Source: Thauera sp.
GTDB taxonomy: Bacteria > Pseudomonadota > Gammaproteobacteria > Burkholderiales > Rhodocyclaceae
NCBI RefSeq assembly: GCF_024235615.1
Contig: NZ_JACKMB010000002.1
Direction: 5' to 3' (one strand)
DNA length: 64,000 bases
A model generated the notes under the pieces. The model worked only from the letters and a program-made list of their open reading frames with translations. It searched no databases and was not told where the DNA came from. Each line of letters starts with the position of its first letter. Position 1 is the first letter of the stretch. The position numbers and the translations under genes are program-made. This document shows, in pieces, positions 17,025 to 27,968 of the stretch.

Positions 17025-18389
17025 ATGAACCGGATTCCCGAACGCATCGGCAAGTACAGGATCATCAAGGAGATCGGTCGCGGCGCGACCGCGGTGGTCT
17101 ATCTCGCCGAGTCCCCGGACTACCCCGAGCCGGTGGCGCTCAAGCACGTGCGCTTCGACGACAAGGCGCGCGACGAGGCGAAGTGGAACCGCCGCCTGAT
17201 CAAGCTGCTGAAGGCCGAGCGCGTGGTGTCCGGCCGCCTCGACCACCCCAACATCATCCGTATCCACGACGCCTCGATCGAGCCCGACCAGGCCTATGTG
17301 GTGATGGAGTACTTCCCCGGCGGCTCGCTCGAGCGCTACTGCAGCTTCCAGAACCTGCTGCCGATCCACCGCACGATCGGGATCATTTTCAAGTGCTGCA
17401 TGGCGCTCGACCACGCCTACCGCCAGGGCATCGTGCACCGCGACATCAAGCCGGCGAACATCCTGGTCGACGAGCAGGACAACGTGAAGATCACCGACTT
17501 CGGCCTCGCGCTCAACATCAACAAGAAGCTCGACACCGACTCGACCTTCATCATGGGCGTGGGCTCGCCGGCCTACATGAGCCCGGAGCAGATCAAGGGC
17601 TATCCGCTCAACCAGAAGACCGACCTGTATTCGCTCGGCGTGCTGCTCTTCCACATGTTGACCGGTCGGCTGCCTTTCCGCGCGAACAATCCGGCCCAGC
17701 TCGTCTACAAGATCATCAATGCCGATCCGCCCTCGGTCTCGCAGCTCAACCCGGACGTGCCCGAGCAGATGGACGCGGTAATCCGCAAGGCGCTCGAGAA
17801 GGATCTGTACTCGCGCTACCGCAATGGCGCCGAGTTCGCCAAGGACCTCGCCGCGGTGCGCTACCAGATCCTCGACGAAGGCCACGTGCACCATGACGCC
17901 GAGCGCTTCGCGCGCCTGCGCAAGCTCGCTTTCTTCACCGAGTTCGAGGACGTCGACCTGTGGGAGGTGATGCGGATCTGCGCCTGGCGCAAGGTCGGCA
18001 GCGATCTCGGGTTGATGCGCGAGGGCGACATCGACCAGCGCTTCGGCATCGTGCTCGAGGGCAAGGTGGAGCTTTCGATCGAGGGCCGCCGGGTGCTGGA
18101 GGTGGGGCCGGGCGAGGTCTTCGGCGAGCAGGCCTGGCTCGACCAGCTCGAGCACAGGCAGCTGCTGAGCGCGGTGTCGCTCGACGAGCTGAGCTATCTC
18201 GAGGTCAACCCGGCCGCGCTCGCGCTCGCCAGCGAGGAAGTGCTGGAGCGCTTCCGGCGCCAGCTCGGCACCGTCGCCGCGCGCAGGCTCGCGGCGGTGT
18301 CGCGCCAGATGGCGGCGCATGCCCCCGCGGCGGTGCGTGCGGTCCGTGCGGCGCCGGTCGTGCACGACCTGCAGATCGTCGATTACTGA
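17025..18389 (+). CDS. Hanks-type Ser/Thr protein kinase with C-terminal cNMP-binding-like domain
   Basis: GRGATAVV, VALK, HRDIKPAN, DFG, SPEQ and DLYSLG motifs. C-terminal LRKLAFF...GEVFGEQA resembles the cNMP/Crp fold. 454 aa. Confidence 0.88.
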   Translation: MNRIPERIGKYRIIKEIGRGATAVVYLAESPDYPEPVALKHVRFDDKARDEAKWNRRLIKLLKAERVVSGRLDHPNIIRIHDASIEPDQAYVVMEYFPGGSLERYCSFQNLLPIHRTIGIIFKCCMALDHAYRQGIVHRDIKPANILVDEQDNVKITDFGLALNINKKLDTDSTFIMGVGSPAYMSPEQIKGYPLNQKTDLYSLGVLLFHMLTGRLPFRANNPAQLVYKIINADPPSVSQLNPDVPEQMDAVIRKALEKDLYSRYRNGAEFAKDLAAVRYQILDEGHVHHDAERFARLRKLAFFTEFEDVDLWEVMRICAWRKVGSDLGLMREGDIDQRFGIVLEGKVELSIEGRRVLEVGPGEVFGEQAWLDQLEHRQLLSAVSLDELSYLEVNPAALALASEEVLERFRRQLGTVAARRLAAVSRQMAAHAPAAVRAVRAAPVVHDLQIVDY

Positions 18390-18441
18390 AACGGCGGTCC
18401 GCCCGGTCGCGGACCGGGCCGACCGCCGGCGGGTGCCGCCC

Positions 18442-19539
18442 CTATTGCGCGGCGCCGAGTGTGCGCGCGCGTTCCAGCGCGGCCTTGCGCGCGGCTTCGT
18501 CGGGCGGCGCGATCTCGAGCCAGTTGCCCAGGTGGCTGCGCACCAGCGCCGCCAGCGCCCTGATCCAGGCGTCGCGCTCGTTCAGGCAGGGGATGTAGTG
18601 GAAGGTCTGGCCGCCCTTTTCCACGAAAGCCTCCTTGCACTCGAGCGCGATCTCTTCCAGCGTCTCCAGACAGTCGGCGACGAAGCCCGGGCACATCACG
18701 TCCACCCGCCGCACGCCCTGGGCGGCGAGCTGCTCCAGGGTGGGCTGGGTGTAGGGCTTGAGCCACTCCGCCTTGCCGAAGCGCGACTGGAAGGTGACGA
18801 GCACGCGCTCGCGCGCCACGCCGAGGCCTTCGGCCACCAGACGGCCGGTCTTGTGGCACTCGCAGTGATAGGGATCGCCGAGATCGAGCGAGCGCCGCGG
18901 CACGCCGTGAAAGCTCAGCAGCAGGCGCTCGGGCTCGCCATTGGCCGCCCAGTGCTCGCGCACGCTCTTCACCAGGGCGTCGATGTAGCCGGGGTCGTCG
19001 TGGAAGTTGCGCACGAAGCGCATCTCGGGCTGGTTGCGCCACTGCGCCAGGCTGCGGCCGACTTCGTCGACCACGGTGGCGGTGGTGCTCGCGGAATACT
19101 GCGGGTACATCGGCACCACCAGGATGCGGGTGCAGCCGCGCGCGCGCATCGCGTCCAGGGTATCGCCGATCGAGGGCGAGCCGTAGCGCATCGCGTAGTC
19201 GACGTCGAGCCCGTCGTGGCCGTCCTTGGCGAGGTAGCCGGCGAGCAGCTTGGTCTGGCGTACCGTGTGCACCAGCAGCGGCGAGCCCTCGTCGGTCCAG
19301 ATGCTGGCGTATTTCTGCGCCGAGGCCTTGGGCCGGGTGTTGAGGATGATGCCGTTGAGGATCGGCCACCATACCAGGCGCGGGATCTCGACCACGCGCG
19401 GGTCGGAGAGGAACTGCTTGAGGTAGGGGCGCAGCGCGGCAGCGGTGGGGGCGGCGGGGGTGCCGAGGTTGACCAGCAGCACGCCGGTGCGCGGGGTGCT
19501 GTCGTGGCGGTAGATCGGTTCGGGCCGGGAGCGGGGCAT
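18442..19539 (-). CDS. hemH: Ferrochelatase
   Basis: VLLVNLGTP, LLSFHGVP, FQSRFGKAEWLKPYT and GFVADCLETLEEI motifs. Confidence 0.96.
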   Translation of the reverse strand: MPRSRPEPIYRHDSTPRTGVLLVNLGTPAAPTAAALRPYLKQFLSDPRVVEIPRLVWWPILNGIILNTRPKASAQKYASIWTDEGSPLLVHTVRQTKLLAGYLAKDGHDGLDVDYAMRYGSPSIGDTLDAMRARGCTRILVVPMYPQYSASTTATVVDEVGRSLAQWRNQPEMRFVRNFHDDPGYIDALVKSVREHWAANGEPERLLLSFHGVPRRSLDLGDPYHCECHKTGRLVAEGLGVARERVLVTFQSRFGKAEWLKPYTQPTLEQLAAQGVRRVDVMCPGFVADCLETLEEIALECKEAFVEKGGQTFHYIPCLNERDAWIRALAALVRSHLGNWLEIAPPDEAARKAALERARTLGAAQ

Positions 19540-19589
19540 CGTGGTCCTTGGGTGGGGTTCGTACGCGCAGTGAGGCGCGGGCGTCGGAG

Positions 19590-20618
19590 TCAGTGCCTGG
19601 AAGACAGGGCGTTGGAGAGCAGCCGGGCGGTGATGTCGACGATCGGGATCACGCGGTCGTAGGCCATGCGGGTGGGGCCGATGACGCCGAGCGAGCCCAC
19701 CACCTGACCGTCGACCTCGTACGGTGCGGTGATGACCGAGCAGCCGTCGAGCGGAGCGAGCCCGGACTCGCCGCCGATGAAGATCTGCACGCCCTCGGCG
19801 CGGTTGGACAGGTCGAGCAGCTGGAGCAGGCCGGTGCGCTGCTCGAAGAGCTTGAAGAGCTCGCGCAGGCGCGACATGTTGCTCGACAGGTCCTCGATGT
19901 CGAGCAGCTTGGTTTCGCCGGACAGCACGTAGCTCGTGGCGCTGTCCTCGGCGGCGTCCGAGCCGGCGTCGACGGTGGCGGCCATCAGCTCGCTCATGTC
20001 GCTGCGCAGCTGGCGAAGCTCGTCGCCGACGCGGCGGCGGATCTCCTCGAAGGACAGGCCGGCGAAGTGTTCGTTGAGATAGGTGGCGGCGCCGTGGAGC
20101 TCGGCCGAGGTGTAGGCGCGCCGGGTAAGCAGCAGGCGGTTCTGCACGTCGCCGCCGGTGGTGACGATGATCAGCAGGATGCGGTTCTCGGCCAGGCTGA
20201 TGAACTCGAACTGGCGGATGCGTACCGCGTCCTTGCGCGGCGCGACCACCACGCCGGCGAACTGGGTGAGCTCGGAGAGCAGGTGCGAGGCCGAGCTGAT
20301 CAGGCGCTGTGGCTGGTCGGGCAGCAGCTGGCCCTCGAGGGCGCGCACGCGGGCGTTCTCGAGCGGCTGCACGGTGAGCAGCGAGTCGACGAAGAAGCGA
20401 TAGCCGAGCGCGGTGGGAATGCGCCCCGCCGAGGTGTGCGGGCTGGCGATGAAGCCCATCTCCTCGAGGTCGCTCATCACGTTGCGCACCGTGGCGGGCG
20501 ACAGCTCGAGGCCGGAGTAGCGCGACAGTGCGCGCGAGCCGACCGGCTGGCCGTCCGCGATGTGGCGTTCGATCAGGGTCTTGAGGAGGATCTGGGAGCG
20601 GGCGTCGAGCGGATTCAT
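19590..20618 (-). CDS. hrcA: Heat-inducible transcription repressor
   Basis: [32 protein letters not shown] and [10 protein letters not shown] motifs. Start at ATG 20618. Confidence 0.96.
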   Translation of the reverse strand: MNPLDARSQILLKTLIERHIADGQPVGSRALSRYSGLELSPATVRNVMSDLEEMGFIASPHTSAGRIPTALGYRFFVDSLLTVQPLENARVRALEGQLLPDQPQRLISSASHLLSELTQFAGVVVAPRKDAVRIRQFEFISLAENRILLIIVTTGGDVQNRLLLTRRAYTSAELHGAATYLNEHFAGLSFEEIRRRVGDELRQLRSDMSELMAATVDAGSDAAEDSATSYVLSGETKLLDIEDLSSNMSRLRELFKLFEQRTGLLQLLDLSNRAEGVQIFIGGESGLAPLDGCSVITAPYEVDGQVVGSLGVIGPTRMAYDRVIPIVDITARLLSNALSSRH

Positions 20619-20737
20619 GGCTGCCTGGGGTCGAGAGGCCGATTCTATTGAAGCGCGCACGTACTGGCCACTGGGTGGCGCCGCGCCGGGCTCCGGTGCT
20701 GCCGCGCGCGCGGGCGATTGTGGTTTAATCGATGCCC

Positions 20738-21619
20738 ATGAGCACGCCATTTCGCACGCTTGCCCTCATCGGCAAATACCAGAGCCCCGACGTGGCCGAG
20801 TCGGTGCTGTCGATCGCCCGCTTCCTGCGCGATCGCGGCCTTGCGGTGTTGATCGAGCAGGGCACGGCGAGTTCCATCGGCGGCGCCCACGACTTCCCGG
20901 TCGCAAGCTACGAGCATATCGGTGCCAGCGCGGACCTCGCGGTGGTGATCGGTGGCGACGGTACCATGCTGCATACCGCGCGCCGCCTGATCGAGCATGG
21001 CGTGCCGCTGGTCGGCGTGAATCTCGGTCGCCTCGGCTTCCTTACCGACATCGCGCGCAGCTCGGCCACCGAGCGCCTCGCCGAGATCCTCGACGGCGCC
21101 TTCACCGCCGAGGACCGCTTCATGCTGGACGTGGAGGTGCTGCGTGGCGGCGCGCGCGTGTTCCACACGCTGGCGCTCAACGACGTGGTGGTGAACAAGG
21201 GCGAGCTCGGGCGCATGATCGAGTTCGAGCTGTCGATCGACGAGGAGTTCGTCTACACGCAGCGCTCGGACGGCATGATCGTTTCCACCCCCACCGGCTC
21301 CACCGCCTACGCGCTCTCGGCCAACGGTCCGATCCTGCACCCGAGCGTGGGCGGGATCGCGCTCGTGCCGCTGTGCCCGCACGCGCTCACCGCGCGCCCG
21401 ATCACGCTGCCCGACTCCTGCCGCATCGATATCGCGCTGCTGCCGCCGCACGACGCCCGGGTGCACTTCGACGGCCAGACCCGCTTCGACCTGCGCGCAG
21501 GCGACTGCGTGCGGCTGACGCGCTCGAGCCGCAGCCTGCGCCTGCTGCATCCCAAGGGCTACTCCTACTTCGCGATGCTGCGCCAGAAGCTGCACTGGAG
21601 CGCGGCGCCGAGGGTGTGA
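20738..21619 (+). CDS. nadK: NAD kinase
   Basis: [23 protein letters not shown] and [16 protein letters not shown] motifs. Alternative start at 20732. Confidence 0.96.
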   Translation: MSTPFRTLALIGKYQSPDVAESVLSIARFLRDRGLAVLIEQGTASSIGGAHDFPVASYEHIGASADLAVVIGGDGTMLHTARRLIEHGVPLVGVNLGRLGFLTDIARSSATERLAEILDGAFTAEDRFMLDVEVLRGGARVFHTLALNDVVVNKGELGRMIEFELSIDEEFVYTQRSDGMIVSTPTGSTAYALSANGPILHPSVGGIALVPLCPHALTARPITLPDSCRIDIALLPPHDARVHFDGQTRFDLRAGDCVRLTRSSRSLRLLHPKGYSYFAMLRQKLHWSAAPRV

Positions 21620-21682
21620 GCGCCCGCCGCCTGACCTCCACCCCCGAACCGTCCGCCGTCCCGATCCGCGACCGCCGCTGCC

Positions 21683-23338
21683 ATGCTCCGCTGCCTCACC
21701 ATCCGTGACTTCGTCATCGTCGATCGCCTCGACCTCGAGTTCGCCACCGGCTTCGGTGCGCTGACCGGGGAGACCGGCGCCGGCAAGTCCATCCTGCTCG
21801 ACGCGCTCGGGCTCGCCCTCGGCGGGCGCGGCGAGGCGGCGATGGTGCGCAGCGGCCGCGACCGTGCCGACGTCGCCGCAGAGTTCGACCTGCCTGCGGC
21901 CGAGGGGCTGGTCGCGTGGCTCGCCGAGCAGGCGCTGCCCGCCGACGAGGGCGTGCTGATCCTGCGCCGCACGATCGATGCCGGCGGGCGCAGCCGGGCG
22001 TGGATCAACGGCGTGGCGGCCACGCTTGCGCAGCTGCGCGCCGCGGGCGAGTGGCTCGCCGACATCCACGGCCAGCACGCCCACCACGCGCTGCTGCGCG
22101 CCGACGCGCAGCGCGACCTGCTCGACGCCCAGGCGGGCGCGGGCGCGCTGGTCGCCGAGGTGGCCGCGCGCCACCGCGAGTGGCAGCGCCTGCTGCGCCT
22201 GCAACGCGAGGCCGAGGCCGATTCGGCGAGCTCGGCGCGTGAGCGCGAGCTGCTGGCGTGGCAGCTGCGCGAGCTCGAGCAGGTCGGCTTCGACAGCGAC
22301 GAATGGGCGGAGCTCAACGCCGAGCATGGACGCCTGGCGCACGCCGCGAGCCTGATCGAGGGGGCGGAGGAGGCGGTGGTCGCGCTCGGCGAGGGCGAGC
22401 TCTCGGTGTGCTCGGTGCTCGGCCGGCTCGACGGCCGCGTCGCCGCGCTGGCCGACTTCGACGCCGGGCTGGCGGACGTGCGCGAGCTCATCTCTGCGGC
22501 CGCGATCCAGGCCGACGAGGCCCTGCATGCGCTGCGCCGCTATCGCGACCGGCTCGACCTCGATCCCGGACGTCTTGCCGAGCTCGAGCGCCGCATCGCC
22601 GCGGTGATGGAGGCGGCGCGCAAGTACCGCGTACAGCCCGAGGAGCTGCCCGCGCTCGGGCAGCAGTGGCGCGAGCGGCTCGACACCCTCGAGGCGACCG
22701 CCGACCCGGCGCGCCTGGCCGCGGCGGCGCAGGCGGCGCAGGCGGCCTACGACGCCGCGGCGGCGAAGCTGACCGCGGCGCGCATCCCCGCGGCGCGCCG
22801 GCTCTCGGAGGAGATTGCCGCCGCGATGCAGGACCTGGCGATGGCAGGCGGACGCTTCGAGGTCGCGCTCGAGCCTTGCAGCCCCTCCGCGTCAGGCGTG
22901 GAGGCGGTGGAGTTTCGCGTCGCCGCGAACGCGGGCCAGCCGCTGCGCAGCCTCGCCAAGGTGGCCTCGGGCGGCGAGCTGTCGCGCATCGGGCTGGCGA
23001 TCCAGGTCATCACCAGCCGCGACAGCGCGGTGCCGACGCTGATCTTCGACGAGGTCGACGTGGGGATCGGCGGCCGCGTGGCCGAGATCGTCGGCAAGCT
23101 GCTCGCCCGTCTCGGGCGGGATCGCCAGGTGCTGTGCGTCACCCACCTCCCCCAGGTGGCGGCCTGCGCCGACTGGCAGTGGCGCATCGCCAAGCGCGAC
23201 CAGGGTGGAGAGACGCTGAGCGAGGTCACGCCGCTCGACGATGCGACGCGGGTGGAGGAGATCGCGCGCATGCTCGGCGGCGTGAATATCACCGCGACCA
23301 CGCGCGAGCATGCAGCCGAGATGCTCGGCCGGCGCTGA
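21683..23338 (+). CDS. recN: DNA repair protein RecN
   Basis: GETGAGKS, IHGQH, coiled coil, ASGGELSR, FDEVDVG and THLPQVAA motifs. Confidence 0.96.
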   Translation: MLRCLTIRDFVIVDRLDLEFATGFGALTGETGAGKSILLDALGLALGGRGEAAMVRSGRDRADVAAEFDLPAAEGLVAWLAEQALPADEGVLILRRTIDAGGRSRAWINGVAATLAQLRAAGEWLADIHGQHAHHALLRADAQRDLLDAQAGAGALVAEVAARHREWQRLLRLQREAEADSASSARERELLAWQLRELEQVGFDSDEWAELNAEHGRLAHAASLIEGAEEAVVALGEGELSVCSVLGRLDGRVAALADFDAGLADVRELISAAAIQADEALHALRRYRDRLDLDPGRLAELERRIAAVMEAARKYRVQPEELPALGQQWRERLDTLEATADPARLAAAAQAAQAAYDAAAAKLTAARIPAARRLSEEIAAAMQDLAMAGGRFEVALEPCSPSASGVEAVEFRVAANAGQPLRSLAKVASGGELSRIGLAIQVITSRDSAVPTLIFDEVDVGIGGRVAEIVGKLLARLGRDRQVLCVTHLPQVAACADWQWRIAKRDQGGETLSEVTPLDDATRVEEIARMLGGVNITATTREHAAEMLGRR

Positions 23339-23339
23339 T

Positions 23340-23780
23340 TCAGTCCTTCTCCCGCTCCAGGTTCGGGCAGTTCTCGCGCTGGCAGTCGGCGTAGATGTAG
23401 AGCGCGTGCTCGCGGATCGCGAAGCCGCGCTCGGTGGCGATCTGGTTCTGGCGGCGCTCGATCTCGGCGTCGAAGAACTCTTCCACCTTGCCGCACTGCA
23501 TGCACACGAGGTGGTCGTGATGGCCGCCCTCGTTGAGTTCGAAGACCGCCTTGCCCGACTCGAAGTAATGGCGCTCGAGCAAACCGGCCTGTTCGAACTG
23601 CGTGAGCACGCGGTAGACCGTCGCCAGGCCGATGTCCATGCCTTCGTTCATCAACGTGCGGTACACGTCTTCCGCGGTCAGGTGGCGCTGCTCCGAGCTC
23701 TGGAAGAGGTCGAGGATCTTTAGGCGGGGATAGGTCGCCTTCAGGCCGATGCTTTTCAGGTTCCTGGAGTTGTCGGACAT
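23340..23780 (-). CDS. fur: Ferric uptake regulator
   Basis: [32 protein letters not shown] and CGKVEEF motifs. 146 aa. Confidence 0.96.
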   Translation of the reverse strand: MSDNSRNLKSIGLKATYPRLKILDLFQSSEQRHLTAEDVYRTLMNEGMDIGLATVYRVLTQFEQAGLLERHYFESGKAVFELNEGGHHDHLVCMQCGKVEEFFDAEIERRQNQIATERGFAIREHALYIYADCQRENCPNLEREKD

Positions 23781-24029
23781 GGGCTCTGGGTGAAGTTGGC
23801 TTGCGGAAGATCGGGTTGCGGGAGCACGCGAAGGCTGCGTGTCCGGCGGGTGGCCGCGCGGTCTCCGGAGAACCAGACCGCGGCGAAACGGCATGGTTCG
23901 CGGTCGGCAGGAGGATCTTCGGCATCCGGGCGGCAATGGCGTTCGAGCGCCGTCGATCGCGGCTATGTTATATTTTTTGCCCCTAACTGAGAACTGCGAC
24001 CCCGGTCGCATCCCGGCGCCCCCTCTCCC

Positions 24030-24437
24030 ATGCGTTCCTTCCTCGCTGCGCTCGTCGTCTCCTCCGGCCTGATCTCGGGCTGCTCCTTCGACTCCGTGGT
24101 CGGCCTCGTCGACCCCTACCGGATCGACGTCCGCCAGGGCAACTACGTCGATCAGGAGATGGTCGCGCAGTTGCGCCGCGGCATGACCCGCGAACAGGTG
24201 CGCTATGTGCTGGGTTCGCCGCTGGTGGTCGACATGTTCCGCTCGGATCGCTGGGACTATGTCTATCGCTTCCGTCCGGGCAGCGGTGAAGCACAGCAGC
24301 GCGTGATCTCGCTCTTCTTCGCGGGCGACGTGCTCGACCGCATCGAGGGTGACGTCGCAGCGGCTTCCGCCGCGCCCGAAGCGGTGCCGCAGCAGCGCTC
24401 GCGCGTGGTCGAGATCCCGCCCGCTGCGGGCCGCTGA
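24030..24437 (+). CDS. bamE: Outer membrane protein assembly lipoprotein BamE/SmpA
   Basis: Lipobox [22 protein letters not shown] and RWDY motifs. Divergent from fur, as is typical. Confidence 0.93.
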   Translation: MRSFLAALVVSSGLISGCSFDSVVGLVDPYRIDVRQGNYVDQEMVAQLRRGMTREQVRYVLGSPLVVDMFRSDRWDYVYRFRPGSGEAQQRVISLFFAGDVLDRIEGDVAAASAAPEAVPQQRSRVVEIPPAAGR

Positions 24438-24503
24438 GGCGGCGCTCAGACCCATTCCGGGCCGGCCGTCTGCGCGGGCCCATTGATGCAGGAAACCAAT
24501 CCG

Positions 24504-25310
24504 ATGTCCCAGATTCGAGTCGCGATCGCCGGTGCGTCCGGGCGCATGGGCAGAATGCTGATCGAGGCCGCGCTGAAGGAGGAGGGCGTCGTGCTCGCCG
24601 CCGCCTTCGACCGCAGCGACACTCCCTTCATCGGCCGCGATGCCGGTGAGATGGCCGGGGTGGCAACCGGCGTGCTCATCACCGACGATGCCGCCGCGGC
24701 GATCGCCGCGGCCGATTGCGTGATCGACTTCACCCGCCCCGAGGGCACGCTCGCGCACCTCGCGCTCGCGCGCGCCGCCGGCAAGGCGATGGTGATCGGC
24801 ACCACCGGCTTCGACGCCACCGGCAAGGCCGCGATCGCCGCCGCCGCCGAGCACGTCCCGGTGGTGTTCGCGCCCAACATGGCGGTGGGCGTGAACGCGG
24901 TGTTCCGTCTGCTCGAGGTCGCCGCGCGCATCCTCGCGGAGGGCTACGACGTCGAGGTCATCGAGGCGCACCATCGCTTCAAGGTCGATGCGCCCTCGGG
25001 CACCGCGCTGCGCATGGGCGAGGTCGTCGCCCGCGAGCTCGGCCGCGACCTCGAGACCTGCGCGATCTACGGTCGCGAGGGTCACACCGGCGAGCGCAGC
25101 GCCGAGACCATCGGCTTCTCGACCATCCGTGGCGGCGACGTCGTCGGCGACCACACCGTGCTCTTCGCCGGCATCGGCGAGCGCATCGAGATCACCCACA
25201 AGTCGGGCAGCCGCATGCCCTACGCGCTCGGTTCGATGCGGGCGGCGCGCTTCCTCGCCGGTCGTGCGCAGGGCCTCTACGACATGCAGGACGTGCTCGG
25301 CCTGCGCTGA
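24504..25310 (+). CDS. dapB: 4-hydroxy-tetrahydrodipicolinate reductase
   Basis: GASGRMG, DFTRP, GTTGF and [16 protein letters not shown] motifs. Confidence 0.96.
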   Translation: MSQIRVAIAGASGRMGRMLIEAALKEEGVVLAAAFDRSDTPFIGRDAGEMAGVATGVLITDDAAAAIAAADCVIDFTRPEGTLAHLALARAAGKAMVIGTTGFDATGKAAIAAAAEHVPVVFAPNMAVGVNAVFRLLEVAARILAEGYDVEVIEAHHRFKVDAPSGTALRMGEVVARELGRDLETCAIYGREGHTGERSAETIGFSTIRGGDVVGDHTVLFAGIGERIEITHKSGSRMPYALGSMRAARFLAGRAQGLYDMQDVLGLR

Positions 25311-25318
25311 GTCACGCC

Positions 25319-27820
25319 ATGAGCGGCGCGCCCGACACGCGCGGGAATCCTTCTGGACCTGCTTCCGTCGAAGCGGAGCTCGCCCGCCTGCGGGGGGAGC
25401 GCGATGCCGCGCTGCGCGCCTTGTCGAGCGCGCGTCGACACCTCGACCTGGTCTCGGCGAACGCCGGTGCCGGTGTGTGGCACAAGGACCTCGCGAGCGG
25501 CGCGATCCGCCTCGACGAGCGTTGGCGCAGGCTGCTCGGCTACGAAGGCACCGAGGCCACCGACTGGATGGCGCTCGTGGACGAGGAGGGCAGGTCCGCG
25601 CTGCAGCAAGCCCTGCGTGCCCACCTGGGCGGCGACGCGGACGAATTGCGTGCCGAGATCCGCATCCGCGCGCAGGACGGCAGCTGGCACTGGATCGAGG
25701 TGTGCGGCAACGCCGGCGGACGCGGCGAGGATGGGCGGTGGTCGCGGGTCGAGGGCACCTATCGTGACGTGACCGAGCGCAAGCTGCGCGAGATCGAGCT
25801 CCTCGAGGCCAAGGAAGCGGCCGAGGCGGCGAGCCGGGCCAAGGGCGACTTCCTCGCCAACATGAGCCACGAGATCCGCACGCCGATGAACGGCATCATC
25901 GGCATGACCGATCTGCTGCTCGACTCCCCGATCGCGGGCGAGCAGCGCGAATACCTGCAGACGGTGAAGTCCTCGGCCGAGGCGCTGCTGACCATCATCA
26001 ACGACATCCTCGACTTCTCGCGCATCGAGGCCGGCCGCCTGAGCGTCGAGCAGATCGACTTCTCCCTGCAGTCGGTCGTCTCCGAGACCTGTCGTGCGCT
26101 CGCGCTGCGTGCGGCGCAGAAGGGGCTGGAGCTCTACTACGACATCGGTGCCGACGTGCCCTCGGTGCTGCGCGGCGACCCTACGCGCCTGCGCCAGATC
26201 CTGGTGAACCTCATCGGCAACGCGATCAAGTTCACCGACCGCGGCGAGGTCGAGGTGCGCGTGCGCTGTATCGAGCGCAACGGCAGCATGGCCAGCCTCG
26301 AGTTCCTGGTGCGCGACACCGGCTGCGGCATCGCGCCGGACAAGCTCGAGGCGATCTTCGGCGCCTTTTCGCAGGCGGACAACTCGACCACGCGCAAGTA
26401 CGGCGGTACCGGCCTCGGGCTGGCGATCTGCCGCCAGCTCAGCGAGCTCATGGGCGGGCGGATCGGCGTCGACAGCGTGCCGGACGCGGGCAGCCGCTTC
26501 GAGGTGGTGCTGCCGCTGCGCCTGGTCGCCGATCCGGCGCCCCTGCGTGCCGGCGTGCTCGCCGGGGCGCGGGTGCTGGTGGCGAGCGCGAGCGCGGCCT
26601 TCGGCGACTTCCTGTGCGCGACCCTGCAGGCGGCCGGGCTGCGTGCGGAGGCGGCCTGTGGCGGTGAGATCGCGGTCCAGGCGCTGGCGCGCGCCGCCGA
26701 CGGCAGCGACCCTTTCGCCTTCCTGCTGATGGATGCGGACCTGCCGGAACCGGGCGGCTTCGCGTTGGCGCAGCGCTTCGCCGCCGCGTGGCCGCGACCG
26801 GACCGCATCATCCCGATGATGGCGAGCCACTCGCAGCGCAACGATGCCCTGCGTTGTGAAGAGCTCGGGCTCGGTTTTCGTCTCGCCAAGCCCTTCTCCG
26901 CCGAAGACCTGCTGGCCGTGCTGCGCATGGCGCAGGGCGGCGAGCGCGAGGCTACCGAGCCGCCGCCCTTCGAGCTCGCGCCGGTCGAGTTGCGCTCGAG
27001 TGTCGGGGTCGAGCGGCCCGCGCGGGTGCTCGAAGTGCTGGTGGTCGAGGACAACCCTGTGAACCAGACCGTGGCCCGACGCATGCTCGAGCACGCAGGC
27101 CACAGCGTGGCCGTGGCGAACAACGGCGAGGAGGCCCTTGAGGCGATCGAGGCTCGTCACTTCGACGTGGTGCTGATGGACGTGCAGATGCCCGTGATGG
27201 GCGGCATCGAGGCCACGCAGGCGATCCGCGCGCGCGAGGCGAGGCGCAGCTGGGTGCTCGAGGGCGACTGGAGGCCGGTGCCGATCATCGCGATGACCGC
27301 GCATGCGATGGAGGGGGATCGCGAGCGCTGCCTCGAGGCCGGCATGGACGACTACGTCTCCAAGCCGGTCCACCCCGAGGCGCTGTTCGCCGCGATCGAG
27401 CGCGCGCTCGGCCCGGCGGGCGGGGAGGAGGTGGGCAGCGACATCACCCTGCTCGAGCTGGACGCGGCCGACCGTCGCCGCATCGCCTGTCTGGACGAGG
27501 CGCGTGCGATGTTCGAAGGCGACGAAGGGGTCGTCGAGCAACTCGTCGAGGTGTTCCTGCGCGATCTGCCACGCACGGTCGCGGACCTGCACAAGGGCGC
27601 GGCCGACATGGATTTCGAACGCCTGCGCGCGCTCGGTCACATGATCAAGGGCTCGGTGGGGGTGTTCTCGGCGCAGCGTGCGGTCGACGCCGCGCGCCGG
27701 CTCGAGGACCTCGCTGCGGCCGGCGACCCGCGTGCGCTGACCAGCCAGGCGGGCCTCGCGGCACGCGAGATCGAGCTGCTCGGCGAGGTGCTGCGGGAAG
27801 AGGCGGCTGGCGGCAGTTGA
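25319..27820 (+). CDS. Cytoplasmic hybrid sensor histidine kinase (PAS-HisKA-HATPase-REC-REC-Hpt)
   Basis: PAS (GVW..D; DGSWHWIE), H-box [18 protein letters not shown] boxes, GGTGLGL, REC2 (VVEDN, LMDVQMP, AMTA, KP), Hpt GHMIKGS. No transmembrane helix seen. 833 aa. Confidence 0.9.
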   Translation: MSGAPDTRGNPSGPASVEAELARLRGERDAALRALSSARRHLDLVSANAGAGVWHKDLASGAIRLDERWRRLLGYEGTEATDWMALVDEEGRSALQQALRAHLGGDADELRAEIRIRAQDGSWHWIEVCGNAGGRGEDGRWSRVEGTYRDVTERKLREIELLEAKEAAEAASRAKGDFLANMSHEIRTPMNGIIGMTDLLLDSPIAGEQREYLQTVKSSAEALLTIINDILDFSRIEAGRLSVEQIDFSLQSVVSETCRALALRAAQKGLELYYDIGADVPSVLRGDPTRLRQILVNLIGNAIKFTDRGEVEVRVRCIERNGSMASLEFLVRDTGCGIAPDKLEAIFGAFSQADNSTTRKYGGTGLGLAICRQLSELMGGRIGVDSVPDAGSRFEVVLPLRLVADPAPLRAGVLAGARVLVASASAAFGDFLCATLQAAGLRAEAACGGEIAVQALARAADGSDPFAFLLMDADLPEPGGFALAQRFAAAWPRPDRIIPMMASHSQRNDALRCEELGLGFRLAKPFSAEDLLAVLRMAQGGEREATEPPPFELAPVELRSSVGVERPARVLEVLVVEDNPVNQTVARRMLEHAGHSVAVANNGEEALEAIEARHFDVVLMDVQMPVMGGIEATQAIRAREARRSWVLEGDWRPVPIIAMTAHAMEGDRERCLEAGMDDYVSKPVHPEALFAAIERALGPAGGEEVGSDITLLELDAADRRRIACLDEARAMFEGDEGVVEQLVEVFLRDLPRTVADLHKGAADMDFERLRALGHMIKGSVGVFSAQRAVDAARRLEDLAAAGDPRALTSQAGLAAREIELLGEVLREEAAGGS

Positions 27821-27829
27821 GCGGGCGGT

Positions 27830-27906
27830 TTGCCTTGAATCCGCCGAAAATGTACAATTACAAGGTTTTCGAAGCGGGATCGGCCCGGAGGCCCGTCCCG
27901 CTTTTT
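27830..27906 (+). promoter_or_regulatory. carA promoter followed by a terminator-like hairpin (possible attenuator)
   Basis: TTGCCT (27830-35), 17 nt, TACAAT (27853-58). Hairpin AAGCGGGA...TCCCGCTT plus TTT at 27872-27906. Confidence 0.55.
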
Positions 27907-27968
27907 GTACATATCGGGCGCGCCGTTCGCGCGCCTGCAAGACTTCCAGCAGATTCCAGGAGCTTCTC

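Noticed and set aside
19540-20737. CIRCE element near hrcA; absence of grpE-dnaK after hemH
   Set aside because: No TTAGCACTC-N9-GAGTGCTAA seen. Separation of hrcA-hemH from grpE-dnaK is ordinary rearrangement.
23781-23900. In-frame upstream ATG and a hairpin in the fur leader (uof-like uORF?)
   Set aside because: No SD sequence and no independent reading frame. The evidence is too weak.
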